DNA of 64,000 bases from Camelus ferus (lineage: Eukaryota), in NCBI RefSeq assembly GCF_009834535.1, contig NC_045697.1, forward strand, positions 77,998,001-78,062,000. Reading direction: 5' to 3'. Made by a program: the position numbers and the translations under genes. Under the pieces are notes generated by a model, which saw only the letters and a program-made list of their open reading frames with translations, had not been told where the DNA came from and did not search any database. Of the stretch, positions 13,357 through 24,149 are shown in pieces. The number at the start of each line of letters is the position of its first letter. The stretch's first letter is position 1.

Positions 13357-13942
13357 AACACTTTTCTAAAAAATGAACATATAAGAGATTTATCTAAGTC
13401 ATAAAATGATAATTTAAACACAGACCTGATGATTTCTTCTTGGGCACTGTGTTTATGCCAGGCTTGAAAGAAGTCATTAAAGCCGTTAATCTGTCGTTTA
13501 GCAAAAATTCATTTTCTCCCAGAGTATATTTATCTTGCTAGGATTCTTTGTGGGACCAATCCCATTAGCGCATCAGAAATCCATTGTACTTATATGTAAA
13601 TATAAGTGTCTCTTTGAAGATTTATCAACTGGCTGATGTTCATCAATGAAAATCAAATGAACGGCTTTTGCTTAAAATGATACTGCTTTTCCTGGGCAAA
13701 TGGATGAAGCGTTTCCTTCTCTTCAGAAGGAACTCAGATTCTATAGTAACAAAAACTGGCAATTAGGTTTGGCAATAAAAGGGGAATGATTACAAACACC
13801 ATTTATCAATTTTTCAGGGTGGCAAACACTGTATTTAAGATCAATTATTAAAAGAGACAGTAGAGCTGAATATTGACATACCAGTAAGTATTCCGACCTG
13901 AGTTACCACTGCTATGAATGAGCCTTAGTTAGGTGACAGTGC

Positions 13943-13944
<2 letters not shown>

Positions 13945-13974
<30 letters not shown>
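13945..13974 (+). repeat. (TG)15 microsatellite
   Basis: Seen directly. Confidence 0.95.
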
Positions 13975-13978
<4 letters not shown>

Positions 13979-14205
13979 ATTCACAAATTTGTGCTTTATT
14001 TTCATAAACACTTTGTTATTCCACCAACTAGAGACTCACTAGTTTGTGAGCTTTCTATTTTCAAAATGTCTCCTGGGAGAGGGGTGAAACAGGAGCCATC
14101 ATCCCCCTGTTAACTGGGATGAACTGGATCTCCTCAGTCACCCTCTCCTCCTCCCACTACCTGAATGGTGTCCTACTGTATACAGTGCATATTAGAGTAG
14201 AATAC

Positions 14206-14250
14206 ATATATATATGTGTGTGTGTATGTATATATATATATATATATATA
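14206..14250 (+). repeat. Compound (TA)n/(TG)n microsatellite
   Basis: Seen directly. Confidence 0.9.
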
Positions 14251-14624
14251 AAAACACAGCCTTAAGGCCCTAAAGATGTGGCCCCCACCTCTCAGCCTGG
14301 CCCCTCTCTCCTGTCTCTCTCTTTTTTAATGCTGCTCTTTAAGGTTGAGCAGGTATTCCTACTGATGGAGGTTTTGGCTACATAAGGCAGATACATAACG
14401 CACAGTGCAGAGAGAGGAGGCCAAAGGGCAGAGAAGAATTTATGCCTAAATTTTTCTTGTTTTGCCGTAAAATATGACTTTTATTTCATATACCTTAGAA
14501 TATTGCTAACCTTCTTTCATATAAATGTTTGTCCTTTATTTTAATTATAGATCCCTCTTGGTGTAAGATAAAAATATTCTTTCCCTTATGATATTAGGAT
14601 GATAGTATTTATTTTGTGAACCCC

Positions 14625-15025
14625 CCGTTGCTCCAGCCACAGGCGCCTTTTTCCAGTTCCCAGAACAAGCCCGATTCTTTCTGTCTCAGCGCATTCACAC
14701 ATGCTGTTGCCTCTGCCTGGAACACCCTCTGCCTGGAATACCCTTTCCCCAGGTCTTGTCTGTTGAACTCCTATTTATCCCTCAAGTCTCAGTTTATGTC
14801 TGATGTGCTCAGGTAGGCTTTTACTTTGTGACACTTGTTATAATTTTTAATATTTTGATTTGCTTTTTAAATAGTCTTTGTTTAGTTGTTCAATGTTTGC
14901 TTGTTTTGTAACCTCCCTAAGGAAGGGACTGTGGCTCTGGTTTTGTTTTCGCTGCCTCCCTCTGTAGCTAGCCCAGCACCTGGGACGTAGCAGGCACTCA
15001 GCAAATATTTGCTGAATGAATGAAC
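14625..15025 (+). mobile_element. L2 LINE 3' end
   Basis: catgctgttgcctctgcctggaac...cagcacctgggacgtagcaggcactcagcaaatatttgctgaatgaatgaa, the canonical L2 terminus. Confidence 0.9.
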
Positions 15026-15141
15026 TGAAATAAGGTTTCTAGTAAGGATACTGGATATACCTCAACAGCTCAGATAGCAACGTTAGACTAACCAAGGAAA
15101 TAAATGAATAAAAAAAATTTAGCTTGATGGCATAAGAAGAA

Positions 15142-15313
15142 CAGTGTTTCTCAATTCTGGCTGGTTGTTAAATTCACCTAAGAAGCTTTTATTAACTGAT
15201 GATGTCCAGACTCCACTCCAGAAGTTCTGATTTATCTGGTCTGAGATGTGGCCAGAGCATCAGTATTTTTATAAATTCTGATTCTGATGTGTGGCCAGGA
15301 TGGAAAACTGCTG
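15142..15313. mobile_element. MER5B-like hAT-Charlie MITE
   Basis: Inverted termini cagtgtttctcaa / ggaaaactgctg, with internal ccactccagaagttctgatttatctggtctg. Confidence 0.8.
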
Positions 15314-15662
15314 ATTCTGGGTGGTAATGAGTCATACAACACAATCTTCTTTTCTTCTGATATCTTCTTTCATTTTATTCCTATTAATAATTTCATTCTG
15401 ACTAAGTATTCTGAACAAAGATGACAATAATTGGATGAAGGTAAAAATATAAAGCATTATATTTGTTAAGTTATCTTGACATAAATATCCGCAGCATGTT
15501 TTGTGTAGTGAAGTACAAAATGCCTTGCCATAAATCGAAATTAGATTGAGTGAACAGCATTAGAAACTGGATGAAAAGAGAGTAGCTTTTGTGACTGTTC
15601 TTACAAGCAGTGATGTAAGCCCCGATTCTGGGAAAAGGTGAAAGTGTGTCGGAGTGGTCTAC

Positions 15663-15887
15663 CTTATCTTTGGTGACTTACTCAAGAAGCGGATCTCACT
15701 TGGAGGAGGAACACCCACACTTCCATCTTCACAGGCATAGGGCCTGAGGCATTCCTGCACAGCAAGGTTCTGCTGTGTGGGAGTGCCGTAGCTCCAGCTC
15801 TGCAGACATCCTGGGGGTGCAAACACCACCGTCAGGTAGGGAGACACACCGTGCAGATGAACGAGCAGTGTGCTGTGGTGGAGAAAC
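15663..15887 (-). other. Candidate 225-nt exon (minus strand), symmetric phase 2, one frame open throughout
   Basis: Acceptor gtcctcattttccag|GTT and donor ATAAG|gtagac. The length is divisible by 3, and the frame FLHHSTLL...FLSKSPKI (74 codons) has no stop. It is not in a repeat I recognise and has no recognisable homology. Confidence 0.3.
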
Positions 15888-15984
15888 CTGGAAAATGAGG
15901 ACCTTCTGACTGTCCCAAGAGTTCTGTCTCCGGGGCCCTGTCTCCCATGCTCCCACTGAAGAGAGTCTGCACCCCCAGGACAGC

Positions 15985-16290
15985 GCTTACCTAATCGTAT
16001 TATGCTTATATGTCTATACGTCTTGCCACCAGCCTGCAAGCTCTTTGAGGTCAGGATAACACTTTTTATTTGCTTGGGTATCCCCAGGACTTTACTCACT
16101 TCCTGGCACACGGTGGCCACTCACTTGCATTTCTGAATAGAAGGGCTTTTGAGCCTGATAGATGTGACTTGTCTCAGCATCCCGGGTCAGTCATACCTGT
16201 GACTTTGGGGAAGTTTCTTTATCTCTTGGGATGGTTATTTCTTTATCTGTGAACTAGAGATAACCTTTCAAATTTGTTACAAGAGTACTT
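15985..16290 (+). mobile_element. L2 3' end followed by a MIR fragment
   Basis: gcaagctctttgaggtcagg...cctggcacacggtggccactc (L2), then tgtgactttggggaagtttcttt...atctgtgaa (MIR). Confidence 0.7.
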
Positions 16291-16304
16291 GTCTTAGCCA
16301 GGTT

Positions 16305-16744
16305 GGGTAGGTGGAAACATTGGCCTAATTTCTTCACTTTTCCCTATACCCATGCCCTTTGCCTTGTAACCTTGCAGTTTCTCTTGGGCTCAGTCATGGC
16401 TTTGGTCTGTGAGACGCAAGCTGATGTGACACCAGCAGGGGCTGGACAGTGCTTGTATTACTGTGTTGCCATCTTGCATCGGTGCCACTGATGTGACAAG
16501 AACTTCCCCTGGGCAGCTGCTGCTCCTTCAGTCTGAGCTCCATAAAACAAGGATCCAGGAGGATTGAACTAGAGCCCAGCCAGAGGCAAGGAGCTAAGCC
16601 CAGTCTGACCCACCTCCGCAGCCACCGCCTGAAGTGAAGCTCCCCCCGCTGACTGGCAAATTTGTGAGTCAGAATTAAATAATACTCATCATATGCCACT
16701 GAAATCCTGTAGCTGTGTTATGCAAGAATAGTCAACTAATATAC
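16305..16744 (+). mobile_element. Old MaLR solo LTR (MLT1H/I-like)
   Basis: cccatgccctttgcc...agcccagtctgaccc...atgccactgaaatcctgtagctgtgttatgcaagaatagtcaactaatata. Confidence 0.75.
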
Positions 16745-17324
16745 CAAGATTTCCCACGATGTACACAGACTGAGGTGAAATGAAAGCTTATGTGCTGCCC
16801 CTTTTAAATAAAGAGACATAACAAGGTGGGGGAGTCCTAGGGAAACAGTGAGGGGACAGCATGGGGGGAGGAGGAACAGATACACTCCTGAAAGGTGGCT
16901 GATACTATGCTGTAATTAATGGTAGTTTTTATTATTAATATACTTTGGGGGAATGGATCGAAAGCTTTCAGTTTTAAAGATAATTCATGGAAAAGCAGAT
17001 CTTTCTGTTTTGCTGTTTTCAGAAGTGAAAATTTTGATTTGGGACATTGGAAAAGTGAGCACTGGCTGTTCTTTCCTCAGCTCTACTTTTAGATATTCCA
17101 GTTCTTTAAGATGTCTGGCAACATCTCTAACACCTTATCTTATTTTGTTGTTCTATTTCTACATGAAGTCACTGGACGTTCTGTAAGCATTTTATAGGTA
17201 AAGTAAAATCCTGATGTTTCTATTGTTCTATGAGTGCAAAATGAAATAATTGACAAACAAAGAAAATAAGACTTTGGGTGATGCTGGAAATCTAATTCTT
17301 TCTTATCTTTGTACTATAATTCAG

Positions 17325-17370
17325 TAGTGGTGAGATTCAAGATAGTGGTCAGAGATGATGAACTGTACAG
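17325..17370 (+). other. Candidate short exon (46 nt, or 43 nt via a NAGNAG acceptor)
   Basis: Branch-like tctaat, pyrimidine tract tctttcttatctttg, tandem acceptor ttcag|tag|, and a perfect-consensus donor CAG|gtaagt. Confidence 0.4.
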
Positions 17371-18799
17371 GTAAGTTCTCGAGAGCACTAGTTCTGATGA
17401 ATTTATAACCAGATCTTTAGCAGAGTCATAACAACAAGGAATGTGATCATAAAACTAGGAAGAAGCAAAAGGAAAATATTTGTGGTAAAGAATAAGTTGA
17501 TAAGCAAAGCTTTTTAGACTGGATATTCCTGTTGCCAAGGTAGATCTAATTTAGTGTTCCTTTCTCACCAGCAGGGATTTATATAAAGAAGTTACTTGAA
17601 ATACAAAAATCTGAATACAAATGGTTGAAGGCAAAGATTTCCACTTCTGGGAAAAATTAACTATATTGTTGTGGGGTTGATTAACTAAAACCCAGAACTT
17701 ACGTAAGTCTAGAGTAAATGGAGAAAACGAACCATTTAAGTGCCAGATGGATCTTTGACCCTGCATTTTTGGTTATATTAGTTTCTTAAAAAGGCCCATC
17801 CCCACACTAAACTTGCCAACCGTTACTGAAACAGGTGAAGTTCAAGAGTGTTACATCCTGTATACCAAAGGATAAAGATAATGTTTATTTACTGACATTT
17901 ATGGATAATATAATCCTTAGAGTGCTTAAATTAAATGTTAAAGTTAATCCTCTTTACATTGTAAACCCCATCAGAATTTGGATGAGAGGACTCAAAGCTC
18001 AAGCAAAGTCTTGGACACTAAATTAATATCATTTTCTAGAATTTCTAAAAAATGAATAACCTAAAAAAGTGAAAAGGAACTTTCCATTGGACGCATGCCT
18101 ATGGGGCTTATTTTGAATAGGACTTCTTTACTAGTAGCTACATAAAAAAGAGGTATATAAAAGTGAACTCTTTTTTTGCTTCAAACTATGGATACATTTA
18201 TTTGAATCCTCTTTCTTTCTGCATAGATCTTAAAATGTCTTTTTTTTAATGTTCATTCTTACCCACCACTATTGTTATTAATAATTTTTAGCCCTGGGGA
18301 AGCAGGGATTCCAGAGCCCTGAGAAGGTAACTTATAAAGAACTGGTGCTTCAAGGTAGTTAGCTGGTTAAATGTCAGTACAAGGGGATAGGAAGTGAATG
18401 ATGCTGAGGTCAGCGACTCCCTCTGTGAAAAAGTCCTACTGATGTGGACAAAACCCGGCCCCCTCTCACCCCTGCCAGCAAGCAGTTTTTGGGATAGGAG
18501 GAGGGGGGCTACTCAGGCTGGTCTTGCAGGTGCTGGGGTTGGTGTGTGGGAGCGACTGTCCCGAGGTTGCAGGGTCTCACGCCAAGGGATGCTGGGGGTC
18601 AAGGGTGGAACAGGAGGAAGCAAAGGAACAAGTAACGCCCTCAGCTAAGGGAGCTGGCAGAGAACAAAAACACGGAGCTGGAGAGAACTGAGGAGTATGA
18701 ATCTGACAACAGCAAAACCAAATAAGCAGGTCTGAAAGGTGGGGACTTGAAAAAGTTGGTAGAGACTGTGACTGGCTGAACCTACTTCAGACAGTCAGG

Positions 18800-19330
18800 T
18801 GGCTTCACACAGGAGTTTGGACGCTGCGCCGAACTGCGCAGGGCTCCGAGAGTCCTCGGCCCGCCCTCTCTCTTGATGAGCCAAAAAGGCTTGAAGGAGA
18901 TGATCACTCAAGAGGACACTCCAGGCTGATGCGTCTGCAACGCGGTTCATTGATAGCCCATCGGGATACTTGCATTGGCAGCAACTTTCTTTCACTAGAG
19001 CAGAAACAAACACTTTGAAAGAAAGGTGAAAAAAAGAGATTGTGAACGTTTTCACCTTCCAACTCTAGAGTTTGTGATTTTTATGCACTTTTTCCCCCCC
19101 GAGCCACTGTATGCTCCTTTAAATGCTGGCTCTGAGGGAAAGAGAACCAGCAGTCCGGCGGCCCATAGTTCTCTCTCTAGTTAAGAGAGAGGTGCAAGGC
19201 GAGAAGCCAGGCCCGGGAGTGGTGGCAATACAACCACGACCGCGACTGCGACCACGATGACCCCTGGATGCTGCCAACGCCAATGCTGCTGTTAGAAACG
19301 AGGTCTCTGCAGGTGTGTACCCCCGCTTTA
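18800..19330 (+). promoter_or_regulatory. CpG-enriched promoter / first-exon-like region
   Basis: About 25 CpGs in about 510 bp (counted by eye) against a depleted background. GC box CCGCCC at 18861-18866 and reverse CCAAT at 18974-18978. TATA-like TTTAAAT at 19118-19124 lies about 30 bp before Inr-like ccagcagt (19147-19154). Donor-like CAG|gtgtgt follows 19312. Confidence 0.55.
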
Positions 19331-20685
19331 AAAAAGGTATACCTGTTAAAGGACATTTCATTCCAGAACAAAAATATATTGATGTGAAACTAAGACGTTA
19401 AATACTTTAGTAATGGGCTAAAATCACCTGGAATTTATTTCATTCCTTGTGAGTTATTTTTGAGCCTAGCCTAGATGGATGCAGAGGTGACATTCCAAAC
19501 ACTCAGCAGACTATGCGGCTGGGCCTGGCCATTGGAAGAGCTCCCTGATCACTGCACGCATCAGCAGAGCCCGGGAGCTCCCTGCTCTGTGTGGTGCTGC
19601 CTCTGTAGCCGCAGGATGGGTTTTGGGGAGGGCGAGGGTGCCTGGGGGGAGTGTCAGGGGTGGCCCGAACAGGGAGATGGCACTATGGGGGCTCAGAGTA
19701 TCATCAGTTTACCAATCAATACAGAAGTATTTCCATTTTGTACCAAGAGGTTGGCTCTACCAGCCGAGTATTTGTCCTTCCTTATGGAGATGGCTTGCTT
19801 GCTTGTCCTCAGCCTGTGTCACTTTAATGACCCCCCCTCGGCTCTTCAGAACTGCACTCATCTGGACTGTTTCTGTCGCCATTTCCACAACACAGGTTGT
19901 TTCTGTTGGTTTCTGAATAATGTTTTCCCCACGCCTTTCCTTGAAATGTGTTCCTATCAAGATATGCACTCAAAGGGTGGCCTGAGGAGCTTTAAATTTC
20001 TTACTTTATGGTTTTTGGATTGGTCACGTTAACTCCTTGTACTATATGGTGAACTGAAAATCCAACATATCCAAAATACTTGGAGATCTTCAGATGGTTG
20101 TTAGGAACCACATATTAAAAAAAAACTCTTCAAATTCAAATTCTTCTAACTCCCCATAGAATGGCTTGTGTGAGGAGCTGAGAGAGTGCTAACTGCCAAC
20201 ATGTGTTTTTGTTGAAATGTATTTGCTAATGTAAACAACTTATGCCTGCCTGTGGCACCCAGCACTGTCACATGTGGCTTGCATGCTACTTGGAGAATGC
20301 TGCTCTCGCAAAGATTAATACATGTAAATCTGTAACTCAGATTTCTGGGCTCGCATGTGTCTCATACAATTAAAGAGGAAGGGAACTCATTTACATTAGG
20401 CCAGCGCTCTGATAACTTCATCATTTGATCACTAGAAACAGAAGGAAACAAAAAATCAATGAAAAATAGGAAAAAAAATTCATAAAAGATGAATTAAATG
20501 ATAGAGTTTTTTTTCTGCATCTTTTAGTTTGAGTTTATTTACTGCGACCTTTTTTTTTTTTAATGCAACGTATATTTTTCAAGTAGCTTATCATTGCTAA
20601 TATGAGGAAATGAAAAGGCTTATTAGCTGTCTTGGATGTTTAACTAGATAAATCAGAGCTCTTGGACTAATAAAACATTCTAAGG

Positions 20686-20868
20686 CAATGGTTCTCCGGC
20701 TTGAACATGTGCTGGAATCACCTGGGAGCTTCTTAAAACACAGCTTGCTGGGCCTCATCGCCAGAGTTTTTGTAGCTCTGGGGTGGTGTCTGAGGCTCCA
20801 TATGTCTTACTAGTTCCCAGATGACGCTGCTGCTGCTGGTCTCCAGGACCAGACTTTGAGAACCACTG
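20686..20868. mobile_element. MER5A hAT-Charlie MITE
   Basis: Termini caatggttctc / gagaaccactg, with internal gaatcacctgggagctt and gttcccagatgacgctgctgctgctggt. Confidence 0.9.
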
Positions 20869-20873
20869 AGAGG

Positions 20874-21040
20874 CAGAGGTTATCGACCTCAGATGCACAG
20901 CAGAATCATCAGGAGAGCTTTGAAGCAAAACTCAAGCTGGGGCTCCACCCCCAGACTTTCTGATCTGATTAGTCTGCAGTGGGTCCTAGGGAATTGGTAA
21001 TGTTTAAAACTCTCCAGGAGATGATAACTGGGAACCACTG
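20874..21040. mobile_element. MER5B-like MITE, abutting MER5A
   Basis: cagaggttatc...gaatcatcaggagagcttt...ccacccccagactttctgat...gggaaccactg. Confidence 0.8.
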
Positions 21041-21519
21041 CCTAAAGATTAATCACTAGCATGGGATTTGTTTTTGGATGGCTTTTGCCTGAATACTAAA
21101 TATTCAAGGATTTTGAACCTAGGGGTAACTTTTGCACTCCGCACAGAATCAGCTAAACTTTTTTTTCGAGCAACTGTAAAATTTGGTGGAAATCAAAACT
21201 TATTTCAAAAATGAGTGATACATTAATATCATAATTAGCAGCTACTTGAAAATAATGGCAGTTTCCTCCTAATTCAGGGATGGGGAGGAGAGAAAGGAGG
21301 GGCTGGAGTTTTACCTTCCTTTCTTTACATCATCCCCTTCCACCCTCATCTCCAGTTTCTGAGCCTTCTTCCTTTTTTCCAACCTTTTGTTCAAGGTCAT
21401 TTGGCTGACTGCAGGAGCTATCCTCCAGATAATAATAGGTGGTTTAAATAGAAAAAGCTCTAAGAATGGCCACAAGGGAGCTCGAGGGCACCCGCTGGAG
21501 GTGGGGTGATCTCTTTTGC

Positions 21520-21755
21520 AGGGCGCTGGTCCCAGAGTCAAATGATCAGAGTTCAGATTCTTATTAATTTCTCAGTCTAATGGATCCGTGATTATAGGAG
21601 AATCTCTTTGCCCTGATCAACTTTGCTTTTTGTAACCATAAAAATAGGGAGAACATCTGCCTCCTGTGAGTCTGTTTCAAGGTTTGGATAAAATGGCAGG
21701 GATGGGATGCCGATTTCCATGCTGGCACCTGACACCAGAGCTCCTGTGACAAAGC
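21520..21755 (+). mobile_element. MIR SINE (diverged)
   Basis: cagagtcaaatgatcagagttcagattct...ataaaaataggga...cacctgacac follows the MIR layout. Confidence 0.55.
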
Positions 21756-23204
21756 AAGCACACAGGAGACACTTTCTGAGTTTCGGTCAAATTAAAACAA
21801 ACTTCGTAAACTGTGAAGCACTAAATAAGAAGAATCGCCCTGAGGGAACATGCTTGCTAGCCTCAAGCTCTCTGCACTTCCCCTGCACTGTGGCCTTCAT
21901 CCTTCCTTGGCCTCTATTCAGCCCTACAGACACTGAATGTTTATAATCAGATGATGGAAGCAAAAGCTGATATGGATGCATTCTTTCTTGTTGGAGTAAA
22001 CATCTGATTATTATCACGTTTCATTTCTCATATATTCTTTCCATAAAGAACGTGAAATATAGCCTTGTTGACATTATTCCTTTTCCAGAACTTCAGAGGT
22101 AATTCTTTTTTTCTGTTGAGAAGGAGTTGTTAGTTGAAGTTAGGAATTGAAGTCTTGGGTTGTATTTATTCCTAACAGTACTGTGGTACCTCATGCTTTA
22201 TAAATAACCTTTATTGACTTAACACTGGCACACCTCAGGTTACTGGTGATAATTATGCCAAAATAACATCTTTCTCCCTTCTAATAATAATTTCTTTGTT
22301 TCGTTGTAAACTTGGACTGATAAAAGTCTAATCAGGCTGATTAAATGAATTTGGGTGGTAGTAGGGATGTCTCATTTGTCAAATCACATGAGTGTAAGAA
22401 GGGAAGTGAGCTACATTTGGCTGTAAGAGCAGTAGCCTTCGTATGCTTGGCAAGGGACATCATTGTATATTTGGATTGAACAAGTTTTACCATGGCATAT
22501 AAAGTTCCTTGGTTAATGAATGCTTGTACAAAATTATCAGAGTCAAGAGGTTGCACATATGCATACATGTAAAAATAGGGAAAATCTTACTTATAATCTT
22601 ACTTTACAAACTATTTTATAAGGTAGAGTATGTGTTGATGCCTTTGTGCAAAGCTGACACGTTGATCCAACTTCTATTTTTGCTGAACAGTCAGTATCAA
22701 ATGAGAAATTATTACATCATAGCTACTTAAAATTTTTTACACAAAGTGTTTTTTTTGAAAAGACAGAGCACTTTTATTATTATATAGGTGATGCTATGAC
22801 ATGATATTTTCTTGTGTTGATACAAACAAAACCCTCCAAAACCAACTTTGAAAGGAAATCCAAGATTTACAAAATGATTAGAAAGTTCTAGTTTTCCCCA
22901 AGCAGGAAATCTCAGAAAAAGATCCTTTCTTCTACTCTCATCTCCCCCCACCTCCCCCTAAGCCTGGATTTCACAGGCAACAGCTTTTCTTGCAGTTGTA
23001 AAGTTAGCCTTCAAATATAAACCGAGGTCCTGGGCTCCATTACTGTTTCTGGCCAGAAAGCTAGAGTCAGTGTTATCTCTAAGTTTGTGAAATTCAGAAA
23101 AAAACAGCTCTGTGGTGGCAGGGCTAGAATTTTATAGCCTGGGTAAGGAATGCCATTGAAGTTGTCAGACTCATAAACTTAAAATGTTTAGATCTCTTGG
23201 AGGG

Positions 23205-23360
23205 AGGGAGCATGGTGTGATGGTGGAAGAAAAGAACGCCAAGTCTACAGGACTATGTCTTACTCCTAAGATGCTCAAACATTTTTACAACTTTAGGTCA
23301 TGTTTTCCTGCCTCAGTTTCTCCACCCACGTAATGAAATAATTCTGAGAATTAACATACC
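23205..23360 (+). mobile_element. MIR fragment
   Basis: agcatggtgtgatggtggaagaa...tgcctcagtttctcc. Confidence 0.6.
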
Positions 23361-23368
23361 TTTGCACC

Positions 23369-23437
23369 TGAAACACTACGCTGTACATCAGAAACTGACA
23401 CATTGTAACTAACTATATTTCAATTTAAAAAAAAAAA
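23369..23437 (+). mobile_element. Heavily 5'-truncated young L1 (3' tip plus poly(A))
   Basis: acactacgctgtacatcagaaactgacacattgtaactaactatatttcaat followed by an A run. It resembles the terminus of the L1 copy at about 42.0 kb. Confidence 0.8.
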
Positions 23438-23449
23438 CACAAAAAACAA

Positions 23450-23762
23450 CTTTGCTTAAGGTCTCAGCTTGGATGCTACTTTCTCTCAGGAAGCCTTCCT
23501 TGAACCTCTGATTTTTGGTTTGGTGCCTAATTTTTGAAAATCCAACCCCTGATGCCCAGCTTGAAACTCTATGCCTATCACAAGGTTTTATGTTTGCCTG
23601 TTTACTTCTCTTTTGACTCCACGTCCTCAGCAACCCCATCTCTTTGGATTATAAACTCCAGTCTAAAATCGAGTTTTCACTACTTTAATTGCAGTGCCTA
23701 GCTCTGTGTTGAGGTAGTGGGACACTCAGTGAATGCTGATGAACAGAATAAGGGAAGGAAGG
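23450..23762 (+). mobile_element. L2 3' end
   Basis: ctcaggaagccttccttgaacc...gcagtgcctagc...cactcagtgaatgctgatgaa. Confidence 0.75.
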
Positions 23763-24149
23763 AACAGTTCTTTCCTTAGTGCCCAAGGACAAGTCTGTAC
23801 AATGTAATAGAATAGACAAGATTAAAAACATTTTTTTTGCATGTGTATGTAGGTGTGGGTGGCAAGTGACAGAGTCTTATTAGCATGGCTCAAAAAGAAA
23901 AGAGAAGGTCATGTTGGTGAATGGTTTTTAACAGCCAAAATGATTCATGGAGGTATGTATGCTTGGCACACATTTGCTGCTGGAGTGATGGGCAGGGCAC
24001 AGCTGTGGTGAGAGCATTCTCACTGCTGGATGGATAGCCTATACCAACAAAAGGAGAGGAGCTCTCTTCTGTTCATGCAGGGACACATAATATGACTGTG
24101 AAGGGACTGGACGACCCACACCACTTGAAGTTAACTGAGACAGCCAGTC

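Noticed and set aside
19475..20032. 185-aa + strand ORF just downstream of the island
   Set aside because: No recognisable homology, composition typical of random GC-rich sequence, and it lies after the putative first donor, so it is probably intronic.
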